A DNA stretch of 64,000 nucleotides from Paracoccaceae bacterium (GTDB taxonomy: Bacteria > Pseudomonadota > Alphaproteobacteria > Rhodobacterales > Rhodobacteraceae): assembly GCA_041397205.1 (NCBI GenBank), contig JAWKXC010000007.1, positions 131,753 through 195,752 of the forward strand, given 5' to 3'. Position 1 is the first letter of the stretch. Every line of letters begins with the position of its first letter. A program made the translations under genes and the position numbers. Under the pieces are notes generated by a model, which was given only the letters and a program-made list of their open reading frames with translations, was not told the origin of the DNA and made no database searches. Positions 44,350-55,024 of this stretch are shown here, piece by piece.

Positions 44350-45435
44350 TCACAACCGCGTTTCGTCCCTCGCGTCGAACAGACTCGCCGCGGCCATGTC
44401 GATGCCGATCTCCATCCGGTCGCCCTCTTGCGCATTGAACTTCCCGTCAGCCCGCGCAGAACGGCTCGCCAGCGAGTTTCACCCAGATCAGGGTATCCGA
44501 TCCCATCGGCTCGACCAGGCTCGACCACGACCTCCACCTTCGTCCCGGCATCCGCGAGGTCGCGGCCTGTCAGGACGTGTTCGGGACGAAGGCCAAGGAT
44601 CACCTCGCCCGCACCCGGCATCTGGTGAACTCGTAGCCGCGAGCGGCACACGGAAGTCGCCCGACAGGAACTGGCCGTCAGCAATACGCCGCGCAAGGTG
44701 TTCATCGTCGGGCTGCCAATGAACTGCGCGACGAACAGGTTGGTCGGACGTATAGACATCGTCCGGCGTGCCGAGTTGCTGGATCTTGCCGTCCTTCATA
44801 ACGCGATCCGGTCGGCCAGTGTCATCGCCTCGACCTGGTCGTGGGTGACGTAGATGTCGTGTTGGTCGCAAGTTGCTGGTGCAACCGCTTGAGTTCGATG
44901 CGGAGCGCGCCCCGCAGTTTGGCATCGAGGTTCGACAGCGGCTCGTCGAACGGGAAGACGTCGACGTCGCGCACCAGGGCCCGTCCGATCGCCACGCGCT
45001 GCCGCTGGCCACCAGAGAGCTGCGCAGGCTTGCGGTCGAGGAACGGCGCGGTCTGGAGCACCTTGGCGGTGCGCCGCACCGCGCTCTTCGATATCCGCCT
45101 TGGGATGGCCCGCGTTGCACCTTGAACTCGAGATTGCCGCGCACGCTCATCTGCGGATAGAGCGCGTAGGACTGGAACACCATGCCGATCCCGCGCTCCG
45201 ACGGCTCGGCGGAGTCGCGTTCCGGTCGCCGATGAACACCTGGCCAGTGGTCGGGTCGGTGAGCCCGGCGATGCAGTTCAAGAGCGTGGACTTGCCGCAG
45301 CCGGACGAGCCGAGCAGGACGTAGGAACTCGCCCCGGTAGATCTCGATATTGAGATCCTTCAGCACCTCGACCGCGCCGTAATTGAGCGACAGATCGCGA
45401 GTTTCGACGGAGACCTGTTGTACGGGATGGGACAT
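44350..45435 (-). CDS. sugar ABC ATPase, MalK-type (frameshifted)
   Basis: [50 protein letters not shown]. Confidence 0.85.
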
Positions 45436-45439
45436 CGGA

Positions 45440-46369
45440 TCAGCCTTTCACGGCGCCGGCAGCGATGCCGCGCACGAAGAGTTTGCCGGAAGAAATACAC
45501 CGCGAGCGGGACGACCCGGTAATGATCGTCGCGGCCATGTTGACGTTGTATTCCCGCACGCCCAGCGAATTGACAATGTTGTTGAAATGCACCGAAATCA
45601 TCGGGTAGTTGGCGGGCGTGGTGAAGACGACGCCGAACAGGAAGTCGTTCCAGATGCCGGTGACTTGCAGGATCATGGAAACCACCGCGATCGGGATCGA
45701 GAGCGGCAGCATGATCCTGAAGAAGATCCGCCAGAACCCGGCCCCGTCGACCCGCGCTGCCTTGAAGATCTCGTCCGGCAGGCTCGCGAAGTAGTTGCGG
45801 AACAGGAGCGTGTTGATCGGCATCCCGAACAGGGTGTGCACGATCACCAGCCCCCAGAGCGACCCGTAGAGCCCGAGGCCGCTGATCAGCATCACCATCG
45901 GGTAGAGCGCGACCTGGTGCGGGATGAAGGCACCCACCAGCAGAAGCGAGAAGAAGGTCTCGGAGCCTCTGAACTTCCACTGCGCGAAAACGTAGCCGGA
46001 AAGGCTCGCAACGGCGACGGAGATGAGCACCGAGGGGACGAGGATGAACACCGAGTTGAGGAAGCCCGCCGAGAGCCCCTTGCAGGTGAGCCCGGTGCAG
46101 GCCCCGGCCCAGGCCTTGGCCCAGGGCTCGAAGGTGACCTCGACCGGCGGGGCGAAAATGTTGCCCATGCGGATTTCCGGCATACCCTTCAGCGAGGTCA
46201 CCACCATGACCCACAGCGGGATGAGGTAGTAGACCGCAAGCACGAAGAGCGTGCCGTAGAGCATGATGTTGCCCCGGGTGAGCCACTTGGTGGGTCGCGG
46301 GCCTTGCGGGCCTTCGAGTGACCGCTTGCCGCGGGGAGTGGCCGTCGGATCGAAGTCAGTGGTGTGCAT
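45440..46369 (-). CDS. carbohydrate ABC permease
   Basis: FRNYFASLPDEIFKAARVDGAG EAA loop, IWNDFLFG. Confidence 0.88.
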   Translation of the reverse strand: MHTTDFDPTATPRGKRSLEGPQGPRPTKWLTRGNIMLYGTLFVLAVYYLIPLWVMVVTSLKGMPEIRMGNIFAPPVEVTFEPWAKAWAGACTGLTCKGLSAGFLNSVFILVPSVLISVAVASLSGYVFAQWKFRGSETFFSLLLVGAFIPHQVALYPMVMLISGLGLYGSLWGLVIVHTLFGMPINTLLFRNYFASLPDEIFKAARVDGAGFWRIFFRIMLPLSIPIAVVSMILQVTGIWNDFLFGVVFTTPANYPMISVHFNNIVNSLGVREYNVNMAATIITGSSRSRCISSGKLFVRGIAAGAVKG

Positions 46370-47240
46370 TTCGCCGCTCCGCGCGTTGCATGTAGAACCA
46401 TGGGATCAGGATGATCACGACCGCGATGAGCATCACTGTCGACGCGGCAAAGGCCTGGCCGAGGTTCTGCGAGGTGAACATCGCGTCGATCACGTATTTT
46501 GCGGGCACCTCCGACGAGCCCCCGGGGCCGCCGTTGGTCATGGCAACAACGAGGTCATACATCTTCACGATGTTGACGCCGGTCATCACTACCGCTGTCG
46601 CGATCGCCGGCTTCATCATCGGCAACACGATCCGGATGTAGACCTTCCACGCCGGGATACCGTCGATCCTGGTCGCTTTCCAGATCTCGCCGTCGATCCC
46701 ACGGAGCCCGGCCAGCATCACCACCATGTTGAGCCCCGTCCCCTGCCATAGCCCGGCGGCGATGATGCCGAAAATGACGATGTTTTGGTTGAAAAGCGGG
46801 TCGAAGGCGAAGCTCTCCCACCCAAGCCCGCGCACCACCGACTGGATGCCCAGGTCGGGGTTGAGGATCCATTGCCAGGCCAACCCGACGACAATGAAAG
46901 AAAGTGCGAACGGGTAGAGGAAGATCGTCCTGAGTATGCCCTCGCCGCGGATTTTCTGGTCGAGGAGCGTTGCGAGGAAGAAGCCGAAAGTGAGCGACAG
47001 CACCATCACGAACAGCCCGTAGATGGCGATGTTCTCGATCGCCACATACCACTTGTGGGTGCTCCACAGGCGTTCGTATTGGGCGAGCCCAACCCAGCTC
47101 TCGCGCGGCAGCAGCTTCGAATTGGTGAAGGAATAGACGATCGTCAGAGCGTGCAGCCGATGGTCACGACCAGCACCTTGATCATCACCGGCAGCGCCGC
47201 GGTGCGCTGAGATCTTCAGTCTTTTGATCCTGCGATCGAC
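46356..47240 (-). CDS. carbohydrate ABC permease (start uncertain)
   Basis: WVGLAQY, LRTIFLYP, LAGLRGID.EIWKATRIDG, MTNGGPG. Confidence 0.8.
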   Translation of the reverse strand, partial: VDRRIKRLKISAHRGAAGDDQGAGRDHRLHALTIVYSFTNSKLLPRESWVGLAQYERLWSTHKWYVAIENIAIYGLFVMVLSLTFGFFLATLLDQKIRGEGILRTIFLYPFALSFIVVGLAWQWILNPDLGIQSVVRGLGWESFAFDPLFNQNIVIFGIIAAGLWQGTGLNMVVMLAGLRGIDGEIWKATRIDGIPAWKVYIRIVLPMMKPAIATAVVMTGVNIVKMYDLVVAMTNGGPGGSSEVPAKYVIDAMFTSQNLGQAFAASTVMLIAVVIILIPWFYMQRAERRNAHH

Positions 47241-47289
47241 GAGAATAATCCTGCGGACGCGGACGGCCGGGCCGTTCGCGTTGGAGGTG

Positions 47290-47315
47290 TCCCCGCGGCG
47301 CAAGGGCCGCGGGGA
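47290..47315 (-). other. stem-loop after binding-protein gene
   Basis: tccccgcggc-gcaagg-gccgcgggga. Confidence 0.45.
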
Positions 47316-47328
47316 GCCGGTCGTTGGC

Positions 47329-48564
47329 TTACTCGGCCTGCTCGATGATCGACGCAAACTCTTCCTGCGCCGCCTCGGCCGACATGCTGTCGTCAGCGAG
47401 GAAGCGGGAGGCGAGATCACGCAGAGAGGCCAGCGTATCGGCGGTCACGTATTGCTCGACGCCGGGGATGATGTTGCCCGCGGCGAGGATCTCGAGGCCC
47501 TTCTGCATGCAGGCGTTCGCGCTATCCATGTTGATGTCGCCGCGCACCGGCAGCGAACCCTTGGCGAGGTTGAAGCCCACCTGCGCTTCCGGCGAGATCA
47601 TCACCGAGGCCAGTTCGAGCTGGGCTGCCGAGGCCTCCTCGTCGTCGAGCACCGGGAAATAGAAGGCGTTGCCGCCGGTGTTGACGATCGGGTTGACGCC
47701 GAGGCCGGGAAGGCATTCGTAGTCGGTGCCTGCCGTCTGGCCGGCAACGGCAAACTCCGCCTGCGCCCAGTCGCCCATGATCTGGCCACCGGCCTTGCCG
47801 GTGATGACCAGGTTAGTCGCCTCGTTCCAGCCACCGACATTGGAGCCGGCAGAGAGCTCGCGCACGTTGGCGAGCGCCTGGAACATCTCGGCGACCTTGG
47901 GCCCGCGCACGACGTCCATGTCGCGGTCGCCGTAGATCGTCTTGTAGAGCTCGGGTCCACCGAGCGACCCGATGATCGTGTTGAACGTGAGGTAGTGCTG
48001 GAACCCATCGTTGCCCATCGCCATCGGCACAAGGCCGGCCTCGCGCAGCGCGGGTGCTGCGGCGACGAACGCGTTCCAGTCGGTGGGCACGTCAACGCCG
48101 GCCGCGTCGTAGGCCGCGTGCGACAGCCACATCCACTGCTGCGAATGGATGTTGGTCGGCACACAGTAGATCTTGCCGTCGTAGGTGCAGGCATCGAGCA
48201 GCGAAGCGGGCTGGACGAGGTCCGCCCAGCCTTCTTCCTCGGCAAGTTCGGTGAGATCGCGCATCAGGCCGGCTTCGACGAGTTCCTCGGCCTGGCGGCC
48301 ATGAACCATGACGGTAGCCCCCATCGGGTTGCCACCGACGATCCGGCTGATGATCGCGGGGATCGCGGTGCCGCCGCCGCCGGCGATGGCGCCATCGACC
48401 CAGGTGTTGCCGGTCGAGTTGAAGGCGTCCGCAAAGGCGCCCAGCGCGGCAGCTTCGCCGGCCGAGGTCCACCAATGGGTCACTTCCAGCTCCGCGGCCA
48501 TCGCCGATCCGGTGATCCCGCCGACGAGGGCCGTGGTGGCGGCCAGGTAAGTCAGTCGTTTCAT
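47329..48564 (-). CDS. carbohydrate ABC substrate-binding protein (glucose/GtsA-like)
   Basis: Signal peptide, EVTHWWTSAGEAAA, PTNIH, QIMGDWA, FNLAKGSLPVR. Confidence 0.88.
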   Translation of the reverse strand: MKRLTYLAATTALVGGITGSAMAAELEVTHWWTSAGEAAALGAFADAFNSTGNTWVDGAIAGGGGTAIPAIISRIVGGNPMGATVMVHGRQAEELVEAGLMRDLTELAEEEGWADLVQPASLLDACTYDGKIYCVPTNIHSQQWMWLSHAAYDAAGVDVPTDWNAFVAAAPALREAGLVPMAMGNDGFQHYLTFNTIIGSLGGPELYKTIYGDRDMDVVRGPKVAEMFQALANVRELSAGSNVGGWNEATNLVITGKAGGQIMGDWAQAEFAVAGQTAGTDYECLPGLGVNPIVNTGGNAFYFPVLDDEEASAAQLELASVMISPEAQVGFNLAKGSLPVRGDINMDSANACMQKGLEILAAGNIIPGVEQYVTADTLASLRDLASRFLADDSMSAEAAQEEFASIIEQAE

Positions 48565-48801
48565 GTGTTCTCCTCCTGTCGGATCTCATTCATCCCGTCC
48601 CGGGATGCTCGCTTTCCAAAATCGTTCCGGGTGATACTGGCGCCAGGCCCTCGCCCCCTCCTCCGGGTGCCGGCGGCGAAACCTGGTCCGCCAGCGCCGA
48701 GTTCAAGTAGACCGGGCGGCGGCTCTCCGCTCTATTGCGAAAATCGAATACCGGGCCTCATTTATGTCATTTCCCGGCGGCGTCAGTCGCCGGGTCCGGT
48801 C

Positions 48802-50085
48802 TCAATTGAACATCGACTGCGGAATCAGCAGCGCGATCTCGGGGACCGCGACGATCAGCAACAGGCAAACCAGCATCGCGATCCAGAACGGCAACACACC
48901 GCGGAAGATGTCGAGCATCGGCACATCGGCCGCCACGCCCTTGACGACGAACACGTTCAAACCGACCGGTGGCGTGATCATCCCCATCTCGATCACGATC
49001 ACCGCGATCACGCCGAACCAGATCGGGTCGAAGCCCATCGCCGTCACGATCGGGAAGAAGATCGGGATCGTGACGACCAGCATGGCGAGCCCGTCGAGGA
49101 ACATGCCGAGCACGAGGTAAGCGACGACGATCATCGCCAGCACGCCGTAGGGGCCGAAGCCCGCGGAGGTCATCGCCTGAGGCCGGCAGGTGGGTGAGCG
49201 CGAGGGAATGGGTTCAGCACGTTCGCGCCGATCACGATCAGGAACAACATCGCGGTGGTGCGCACGGTGTCGGCGGTGCCTCGCCTTGATCGTTGCCCGT
49301 CGAGCTTGCGGGCGATCGCCGCCATGACGATGACCAGGGCCGCGCCGACGCCCGCCGCTTCGACCGGGGTGAAGACGCCAAGGTAGATGCCACCGATCGA
49401 AGCAACGATGACGATCACGAGCGGCAATGCGCCGGCAGCGCCGCGAGCTTCTCGAACGACGTCCGCTTGCCGCGCGGGCCCATCTCCAGGTTCACCAGCG
49501 TGGCCAGCAGGATCGTCGCCATGAACAGCGCAGTCAGAAGCAGGCCCGGCAGGATCCCCGCCATGAACAGCTGGCCGATGCTCTCCTCTGTAAGGATCGC
49601 GTAGAGCACGAAACCGGTCGAGGGTGGGATCGAGTAAGCGTGCCGCCCGCCGCAATGGCGCCTGTGGCGAGACGGTCCGAATAGCCGAAGCGCTTCATCT
49701 CCAGCAAGGCCACCCGGCCGATGGTGACGGCGGTCGCCACCGACGAGCCGCTCACCGCCGCGAAGGCAGCGCAGTAACGCAGAGAAGCCGTCGCCAGCCC
49801 GCCGCGGAACGCATGCCGACCAAGCGAAAGCGGCATCGTGAAGCTGCGGCTGAACCCCGGCGGCCGAGGCGATGTTGCCCATGAGGATGAACAGGGGCAC
49901 GACGGTCAGCAGTAGTTGGTGGCCGAATAAGTTTCGGTCATCAGGGCGTCGGCCGAGCGTGCGCCGTTCATCACCCAGGTGCCGAAGTAGCCGACGACCA
50001 GCATCGCCATGCCGACGGGCATCCGGAAGATCATCAGCCAGAACATGGCCACGAGGCCGGTGACACCGATCATCGCATCAGACAT
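48802..50085 (-). CDS. TRAP large permease DctM (frameshifted)
   Basis: PLFILMG, SGSSVATA, IPPS, FTPVEAAG, GFDPIWFG, ITPPVGLN. Confidence 0.85.
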
Positions 50086-50533
50086 GGTCGTGCGCACTCC
50101 CCTGCCGAGCCGGTCGATGGCCTGGAGGACGAGCACGGCGCATAGAGCGCCGCCCCCAGCACGATGAGCCCGTAGAAAGGCCAGAGCGGGATCGACAGCA
50201 TGTTGGTTGCATCGCCGAACTCCAACGCGTCGCCGGCTTGTCTCCACGACCGGAGCGCAAGCTTGACCAGCACGAAGACGGCGAGACCCCGGGTCAACAC
50301 GTCGCCCGCGAAGCGTCCCCAGGCGCCGATAGCCTCGTCCAGCACGTCGACCCGGATATGGATCTCGCGCTGCGCCGTCGGGCCGAGCGAGCGTCACAAG
50401 CGACCGAGGCAAGCTGTGATCTCGTTGCTGCCGAGAAGCGGGTGAGCATGTACAGGATCACGCTCACCGCCGTGGTCGCCAGGAGCACGGCCAGCGCGAC
50501 GGTCGCGGCAGTGTCAGGTAGCGGACGGCCCAT
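50082..50533 (-). CDS. TRAP small permease DctQ (frameshifted)
   Basis: Hydrophobic, HIRVDVL, LSIPLWPFY; between DctP and DctM. Confidence 0.7.
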
Positions 50534-50588
50534 TCAACGGGTGCGGAACGGGCCATCCCGGCGACCGCTTTGCCACGGTCGCCTGCGG

Positions 50589-51575
50589 TCATTTCTGGAG
50601 CGCCTCGACGTATGCGGTCGCTTCCAGGCCCTCGGCATCGGCCTCAGCGAGGACGGCCTTGGTCACCTCGTCGGACGCGGCGTCAAACTTCGCCGCTTCT
50701 TCCGGAGAGAGCGTGATGACCTCCTTGCCCTCGGTGGCCGCGAAGGCTTCGAGGTTGGCCGCCGCGCCGCCGAGCTGCACCGCGTTGGCAGCCTTGGAAG
50801 CCTTCTTTCCGGCCTCGAGAACAGCAGCCTGCGCCTCGTCCGACAGGTCCGCGAAGCTGTCGCGGTTCATGACGAGGAAGAAGCTCGACACCGTCGGGTT
50901 CATGCCCTCGACGACGTATTTGGTCACCTCGGCGAGTTTGAAGGTGCGCAGTGTCGTCGCGTCGATCATCGCGCCGTCGATCACGCCGGTCTGCATCGAG
51001 TTGTAGATCTCCGGCGCCGGCATCGAAACCGGGGTTGCGCCCCAGGCCTCGACGATGAGACCGGCGTTGCGCGACGGCACCCGGATCTTGAGACCGGCCA
51101 ATTCATCGAGGGAACGCACCGGCTTTTCGGCCATCAGCAGCAGGTTCGGCGCGTTGTTCCAAAGCCCGAGCAGGGCCACCCTGCGATACTCGCCCGACAG
51201 CATGTCGATATTGGCCAGCACCTTTTCGGTGCCGGTGTCGGCGTCGATAACGCCCGGCAGCTCAGTGAGCAGGGTCTTGGGGAAGTTCGCCGCGGTGTAG
51301 CCGGGCAGGCTGAAGGCGATGTCGGCCACGCCGTTGACGGCACGGTTGTATTGCTCGGCCGGGCCCGGGCCCAATTCACCGCCCATGAACACCGTCACGG
51401 TGACGTCGCCGTTCGTCGCCGCAGCGATCTCGTCGGCGAAAGGCGCATAGACCTTTTCGACATAGGGGTGCGTCGCCGGCTGGAAGTCGGCGAGCTTGAG
51501 CTCGGTGGCCTGCGCCGCCACGGCGGTCAGGCCCGCGGCCAGAGCGAGGCCGATGGTTTTCAGTTTCAGGTTCAT
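50589..51575 (-). CDS. TRAP substrate-binding protein DctP
   Basis: Signal peptide, GGELG, GVADIA, LAGLKIRVP, EIYNSMQTGVIDG. Confidence 0.9.
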   Translation of the reverse strand: MNLKLKTIGLALAAGLTAVAAQATELKLADFQPATHPYVEKVYAPFADEIAAATNGDVTVTVFMGGELGPGPAEQYNRAVNGVADIAFSLPGYTAANFPKTLLTELPGVIDADTGTEKVLANIDMLSGEYRRVALLGLWNNAPNLLLMAEKPVRSLDELAGLKIRVPSRNAGLIVEAWGATPVSMPAPEIYNSMQTGVIDGAMIDATTLRTFKLAEVTKYVVEGMNPTVSSFFLVMNRDSFADLSDEAQAAVLEAGKKASKAANAVQLGGAAANLEAFAATEGKEVITLSPEEAAKFDAASDEVTKAVLAEADAEGLEATAYVEALQK

Positions 51576-51597
51576 GGTGTCTCCTCCCGAGAGTTGG

Positions 51598-52970
51598 TTA
51601 CTTCTGCGCCCGATAGCTTGCGCGCGCTGCGGCGTGGATTGGCCAGGGATGCACTTCGGCGCCCACTTCCATCTGCACGTGACGCTCGACATGCGGCTTC
51701 TTCGTGCCGCCGTCCTTCTCGCCCCAGAGGATCGAGAGCTTTGTGCCTTGCTCTGCGAGATCGCCGCGCACCATGGCGAGCGAGATCCAGGCGCGTTCGT
51801 TGGCTGAGTAGACCGGGTAGGTCGACACGCCGACGAGGTCGCCGTCGAGCAGCACCTGGTCATACGGGTGCGCCGCGTAATGTCCGGCGGGCATTTCCAT
51901 GAGCTTCGGCCCCGGAAACTCGCCCATCAGCCCGTCGAAGATCTTCAGCACGTCTTCGCGGTCCCAGACCAGCGTCACCTTGGTGCGGTGTTCCTGTTCG
52001 GCCATCTCCTCCAGCGCTTCGCGGCCGATGAAGTCGTGGTCGAACTTCACCACCCGGCCGTAGTCGAGATCCCAAGGCGTGAGGTAGTAGTCCTCGACAT
52101 TCTCCGGCTGGAAGCTGCCGCCCACCGAGCAGGTGGCGAGGAAGTTGTCGGCGGGCAGCCACTCCCGGAAGGCTTTCATCGCCTCGCCGGTGTAGATCGC
52201 CGGCAGCGGCGACGGGATCCAGCCCGACTCCATCGCGGCGCAGGAATAGGCGCGCGCCCAGGCGCGCAGCATCCCGTATTTCTCGCCCACTTCGAGGAGA
52301 CGGTCGTAGACCTTATTGCCCTCCTCGTAGGGGCCCCAGAGCTCGAGCCCCTGCGCGCCGCCCATGCCGTGGCTGAGGGTGCGGGCCTTGCAGCCGGCAA
52401 CGGTGATCTCGCCCATATTGAAGAACTTGGTGGTCAGCGGACCGCCCTCGTTCACCTCTTCGAGGATCTTCAGCGCGTCCGGCCCCTGCACCTCGTAGCG
52501 GTAGAGCTTGCGCGGTTTCTCGGCGTTCTCGAGTGCCCGGATATCGAACTCGGTCGTCACGTCGAAATCGGAGATCTCGGCCTGGTAGGCGAGCCAGTAG
52601 GCGAGCGGCGGGCGCCCGACGTAGAGGATCTGTCGTCTTCCAGACCGAAGATGATGCCGTCGCCGATGACGAACCCATCATGGTTCACGCAGATAAGCTG
52701 CTTGGCCTTGTCGCGGCCGAACTTGTTGAAGCTGTTCACGCCGACATGCGACATGAAGGCCACCGCGTCGGGGCCCCGCACGTAGAGGTCGGTCATGTGG
52801 TAGGACTGGTTGAGCAGCACCGCGCCATTGCGCCAGGCCCGGACCTCTTCCATCCAGTTGGTGTATTGCGGCGCGATCGGGAACACGTAGGCGCCCACTT
52901 GCGCGTTCTGCAACATTTCGGACGGGCTCGCCCAATCCTTCAGCCGGTCTTCAAGGGTCTTCTGTGCCAT
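51598..52970 (-). CDS. THF-dependent aryl O-demethylase (LigM/DesA family; frameshifted near 52570-52630)
   Basis: GAYVFP, TNW..E.RAWR, NQSYHM, GDGI, ESGWIPSPLPAIY, LTPWDLDYG, KFDHDFIGR, WGE..GG..K..VERH.Q. Confidence 0.9.
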
Positions 52971-53121
52971 TAAAAATCCTCCCATGGGGTCGTTTGGGAG
53001 ACCTTAGGCAAGCCGGCCGGCGCCGGCTCATTCAGAATCCGAATTGCCACGTTCAGTTTTGCCATGCCGACCCGAACGGGTTATAACAGATCGAGCGGGA
53101 TGGCTCAGGAGCGGCTATATC

Positions 53122-54329
53122 TTGGACGGTGCAAACGGGATCGAGCTTGAAGTGCGCGAGATGGTCGCCATCGACGCGGTGGCGCGGACACGCAGCTTCA
53201 AGATCGCGGCCGAGGCGCTCAACACCACCCAACCGACGCTGTCGCGCCTGATCGCTTCGTCGGAACGCAAGCTCGACACCACCTGTTCAACCGCGGCTGG
53301 TCGGGGTCGGACACAACCTCCCAGGGCGACGCCGTGGCCCGGATGTGCCGCACCGCCATCGTCGCGATCGAGGCCGCCGAGGCCGAGCTGTTCGGCGGAA
53401 GGACAGGCGCGCCGAAGTTCACGCTCAACCTGCGGACCGCGCATCTCAACGCCATCGAGGCGGTCACCCGCGACGGCAGTGTCACGATCGCTGCAAAACG
53501 CTTGGGTCGCAGCCAGCCCGACCTGAGCAGGACCCTGTCGGACTTTTCCAAGCGGTTCGGGATCGAGCTGTTTCAACGCGCCACGGCAGGGATGCGTCCC
53601 CTACCCCCGGCCCAGGCTCTCACCGCCCTCTGCGGCACGCTGAGTTACCTACAGGACAGGCTGGCCGAGCAACTCCACCAGCTTGAAGGCGACATCGTCG
53701 GTCGGGTGTCGATCGGCATGCTGCCGTTCTCGGGTCAGGACCTGGTCTCACGCGCTTTCGCGCGGCTCACCAATCGCCACCCGAACGTCCGCCTCACCTG
53801 CGTGACCGGCAGCTATCTCGGTTTGGTTGAGGCGCTGCGACGGCGCGAGATCGACCGGATTGTCGGCATCCAACGTCAGGACGCCTGCCCGGAGGGGATC
53901 GCGGAAGCCTTCCTGTTCGACGAATGGTTCACTGTCGTCGCCAGAGCCGACCACCCGATCCAGACCACCGGCCGCGACGTGGACGTGCTGGCAGCGACCA
54001 ACTGGATCGTCGCGCCGCACGGCACACCGGTGCGGGCGCATTTCGAAACGGTGTTCTCCGGTCTCGACGCGACGCCGCCGACGCAGACCTGCGAGATGCT
54101 CTCGTTCGCAGCCGCCGAACAGATGCTGGTCGAGAGCCATTCGGTGGCGATGCTGACCTACAGCAAGCGCAAACTCGGCAGCCTGCGTCCGGAGCTCAAG
54201 GTGGTCGAGACCCTGTTTCCCGACACCTCCGCGCCGATCGGGATGTCGAAGCTGCGCGACGCGCCCGATGACCCGGCGTTGGCCGAGTTCGAGGCGATCC
54301 TGAAAGAGCTGGTGGCCTCCGGCGCCTGA
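53122..54329 (+). CDS. LysR regulator with two tandem HTH domains (GalR-like; frameshift near 53280)
   Basis: SFKIAAEALNTTQPTLSR and SVTIAAKRLGRSQPDLSR, then effector domain GRVSIGMLPF. Confidence 0.85.
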
Positions 54330-54445
54330 AGCTGCGTCCCCCGGCAATTGCGGGAATTGCATCCGGCCATGCGCCAACTGAATGCAGCTCCAGCGCACCA
54401 GCTGCGCTAAGGTCGGCCCAACTCGACACATCAGGGGACGCACGC

Positions 54446-55024
54446 ATGTATCGCGTCAGGCTGTATTCGATCGCGAAATCGCGGCGGATGGAATGGATCT
54501 ACAGACGGCTCGAAGACCTGCTGGTCTCGCTCGACCCGATGTTCACCCGCATCGGCTACAACCGTCTGGAACGCCCCTTCGCTTTCGTCGAGCGCCACCT
54601 CAAGGGGTTCTTCTTCGACTGCAAAATGTGCGGCCAATGCGTGCTGTCGTCCACGGGAATGTCCTGCCCGATGAACTGCCCGAAACAGCTGCGCAACGGC
54701 CCCTGCGGCGGCGTGCGCCCGGGCGGGTTCTGCGAGGTGAAGCCCGAGATGCGCTGTGTCTGGGCGCTCGCCTGGGACGGCGCGACGCGGATGCGCGACG
54801 GCGACCGGATCAAGGCGGTGCTACCGCCGGTCGACCGACAACTCCAAGGCTCGTCGGCCTGGCTGCGCGCAAGCCGCGAAAAGGCGGCGCATCTGAAGGA
54901 GGCCCGCGAGGCCGAGCGTTCGGCCCTGGCCCAAGCCTTCCCGAAGGCCCGTGAAAACGAGCCCGCCTCGGCACCGCTCGCGGAAGAACCCGCGCGCGCA
55001 ACCCAGAACGGAGGCCGGTCATGA
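54446..55024 (+). CDS. MTHFR C-terminal-domain (MetV-like) Cys-rich protein
   Basis: CKMCGQC, CPMNCPKQLRNGPCGG, CEV....CVW; ATGA overlap with metF. Confidence 0.88.
   Translation: MYRVRLYSIAKSRRMEWIYRRLEDLLVSLDPMFTRIGYNRLERPFAFVERHLKGFFFDCKMCGQCVLSSTGMSCPMNCPKQLRNGPCGGVRPGGFCEVKPEMRCVWALAWDGATRMRDGDRIKAVLPPVDRQLQGSSAWLRASREKAAHLKEAREAERSALAQAFPKARENEPASAPLAEEPARATQNGGRS

Noticed and set aside
35000-53300. Programmed frameshifting or mass pseudogenisation
   Set aside because: Indels are scattered across unrelated genes; sequencing error is simpler
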